This document shows positions 63,159-64,000 of a DNA stretch of 64,000 nt, one piece after another. The DNA is from Dehalococcoidia bacterium (GTDB taxonomy: Bacteria > Chloroflexota > Dehalococcoidia > GIF9 > AB-539-J10): positions 25,936-89,935 of the forward strand of contig JAXGQG010000004.1 in the NCBI GenBank assembly GCA_040766535.1, read 5' to 3'. The first letter of the stretch is position 1, and each line of letters begins with the position of its first letter. The translations under genes were made by a program, and so were the position numbers. The notes beneath the pieces were generated by a model. It worked only from the letters and a program-made list of their open reading frames with translations. It did no database searches and had not been told where the DNA came from.

Positions 63159-64000
63159 ATGATAGTCTCAATCGCGAGCGGAAAAGGCGGCACAGGCAAG
63201 ACGCTGGTAGCGACCAGCCTTGCGTGTGCCCTGAATGGAACCGTGCCTGTTACATTGCTGGACTGCGATGTGGAAGAGCCGAACGATCACCTGTACATGA
63301 ACGCTCGTCTCATCGCATCCCGGCCCGTGGCGATTCAGGTGCCTTTCGTGGATGAATCGAAGTGTATCCACTGTGGCATGTGTCACGATGTCTGTGAGTT
63401 CAATGCCATCGCGGTGATGGGCTCGGCGGTCCTCGTCTTCAAAGAGCTGTGCCATGGATGTGGTGCGTGCACGCACTTCTGCCCGGTGGGCGCAATCACC
63501 GAAGTGCCTCACGAGATCGGAGTTGTGGAGGAGGGCGATGCCGGTGGCATTTGTTTCATCGATGGCGTACTCACCATCGGCCAGCCCATGGCGCCGCCCA
63601 TAATCCGCCAGGTCAAACAGCATACAGGTACAGAGGGCATCACCATCATAGACGCCTCTCCAGGGACCTCGTGCCCGGTGGTTGAGGCGGTGAAAGGGAG
63701 CGACTTCTGCATTCTTGTCACTGAACCGACTCCGTTCGGGTTGAACGACCTTCGGCTGGCCGTGGAGACGATGCGGGAGCTTGGCCTGCCGCACGGCGCC
63801 ATCATCAACAGGGTTGGTGTCGGCGACGCGCGAACCGAGGAATACTGCGCACAGGAAGGCATCCCTGTGCTGATGACTATCCCGTTGGATGAAAGAATCG
63901 CACGAACCTATTCGCGGGGAATTCCCCTCGTTGAGGCCCTTCCGGAATACCGCCAACGGTTTCTGAGCCTTTATCAGCGGGTCACGGAGTTGGTCAATGA
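63159..64000 (+). CDS. MinD/ParA/Mrp-type P-loop ATPase with inserted 2x[4Fe-4S] ferredoxin domain; the 3' end runs off the window
   Basis: Not in the track (open at the window end). From ATG 63159: MIVSIASGKGGTGKTLVATSLA (deviant Walker A), CIHCGMCHDVCEFNAI and CHGCGACTHFCPVGAI, IIDASPGTSCPV, ILVTEPTPFGLNDL. Confidence 0.8.
   Translation, partial: MIVSIASGKGGTGKTLVATSLACALNGTVPVTLLDCDVEEPNDHLYMNARLIASRPVAIQVPFVDESKCIHCGMCHDVCEFNAIAVMGSAVLVFKELCHGCGACTHFCPVGAITEVPHEIGVVEEGDAGGICFIDGVLTIGQPMAPPIIRQVKQHTGTEGITIIDASPGTSCPVVEAVKGSDFCILVTEPTPFGLNDLRLAVETMRELGLPHGAIINRVGVGDARTEEYCAQEGIPVLMTIPLDERIARTYSRGIPLVEALPEYRQRFLSLYQRVTELVN

Noticed and set aside
63168-63956. 262-aa minus-strand ORF at the right end
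   Set aside because: Antisense to the MinD-type ATPase, whose Walker A and two CxxCxxCxxxC motifs are unambiguous on the + strand.
1-64000. Scan for rRNA, tRNA, CRISPR arrays, IS elements or transposases
   Set aside because: I found no cloverleaf-like sequences in the intergenic regions I read, no regularly spaced direct repeats, and no transposase- or integrase-like ORF. The scan was by eye only, so small RNAs could have been missed.

Overview
GC-rich bacterial chromosomal segment with about 70 protein-coding genes, strong GGAGG-type ribosome-binding sites and frequent GTG/TTG starts. I recognised no rRNA, tRNA, CRISPR array, transposase or integrase. All family calls were made by eye from the translated ORFs and from memory of family motifs; no search was run.

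Layout, left to right:
- 0-19 kb: small-molecule metabolism. Two RraA-like genes, a LarA-like gene, DUF3795, a membrane acyltransferase, RidA, a CPBP-like protein, an orphan betaine-type binding lipoprotein, a split UxaA dehydratase plus IlvD-family dehydratase, and an SDR.
- 19-21 kb: mgtE behind a long promoter-bearing leader.
- 22-33 kb: miscellaneous redox, transport and housekeeping genes (epimerase, flavodoxin-like, cupin, PNPOx-like, two EthD, ABC-2 exporter, methyltransferase, YgjP-like peptidase, ArsB/NhaD-type permease).
- 33.8-35.7 kb: two copies of an 'exported protein + small helical protein' pair.
- 35.8-43.1 kb: five head-to-tail paralogs of a PaaK/CapK/F390-synthetase-type adenylate-forming ligase.
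- 43.2-45.0 kb: a decayed typA/bipA.
- 46-50 kb: DegV and a NarL-type two-component system.
- 50.4-53.5 kb: a TRAP transporter.
- 53.5-58.0 kb: three tandem copies of a two-gene cassette (2x[4Fe-4S] protein with an unknown C-terminal domain, plus a Cys-rich unknown protein), followed by a convergent PdxA-family dehydrogenase.
- 60.9-64.0 kb: a DUF134 / DUF5320 x3 / NifX-like / MinD-type Fe-S ATPase cluster that runs off the window.

The two most unusual things are the five-gene ligase array and the triplicated Fe-S/unknown cassette attached to the TRAP system. I cannot map either to a described pathway.

A second theme is gene decay. At least four genes (PEP-mutase/isocitrate-lyase family, M20 amidohydrolase, one DUF2779 nuclease, typA) carry frameshifts or stops, while all the amplified paralogs remain intact.
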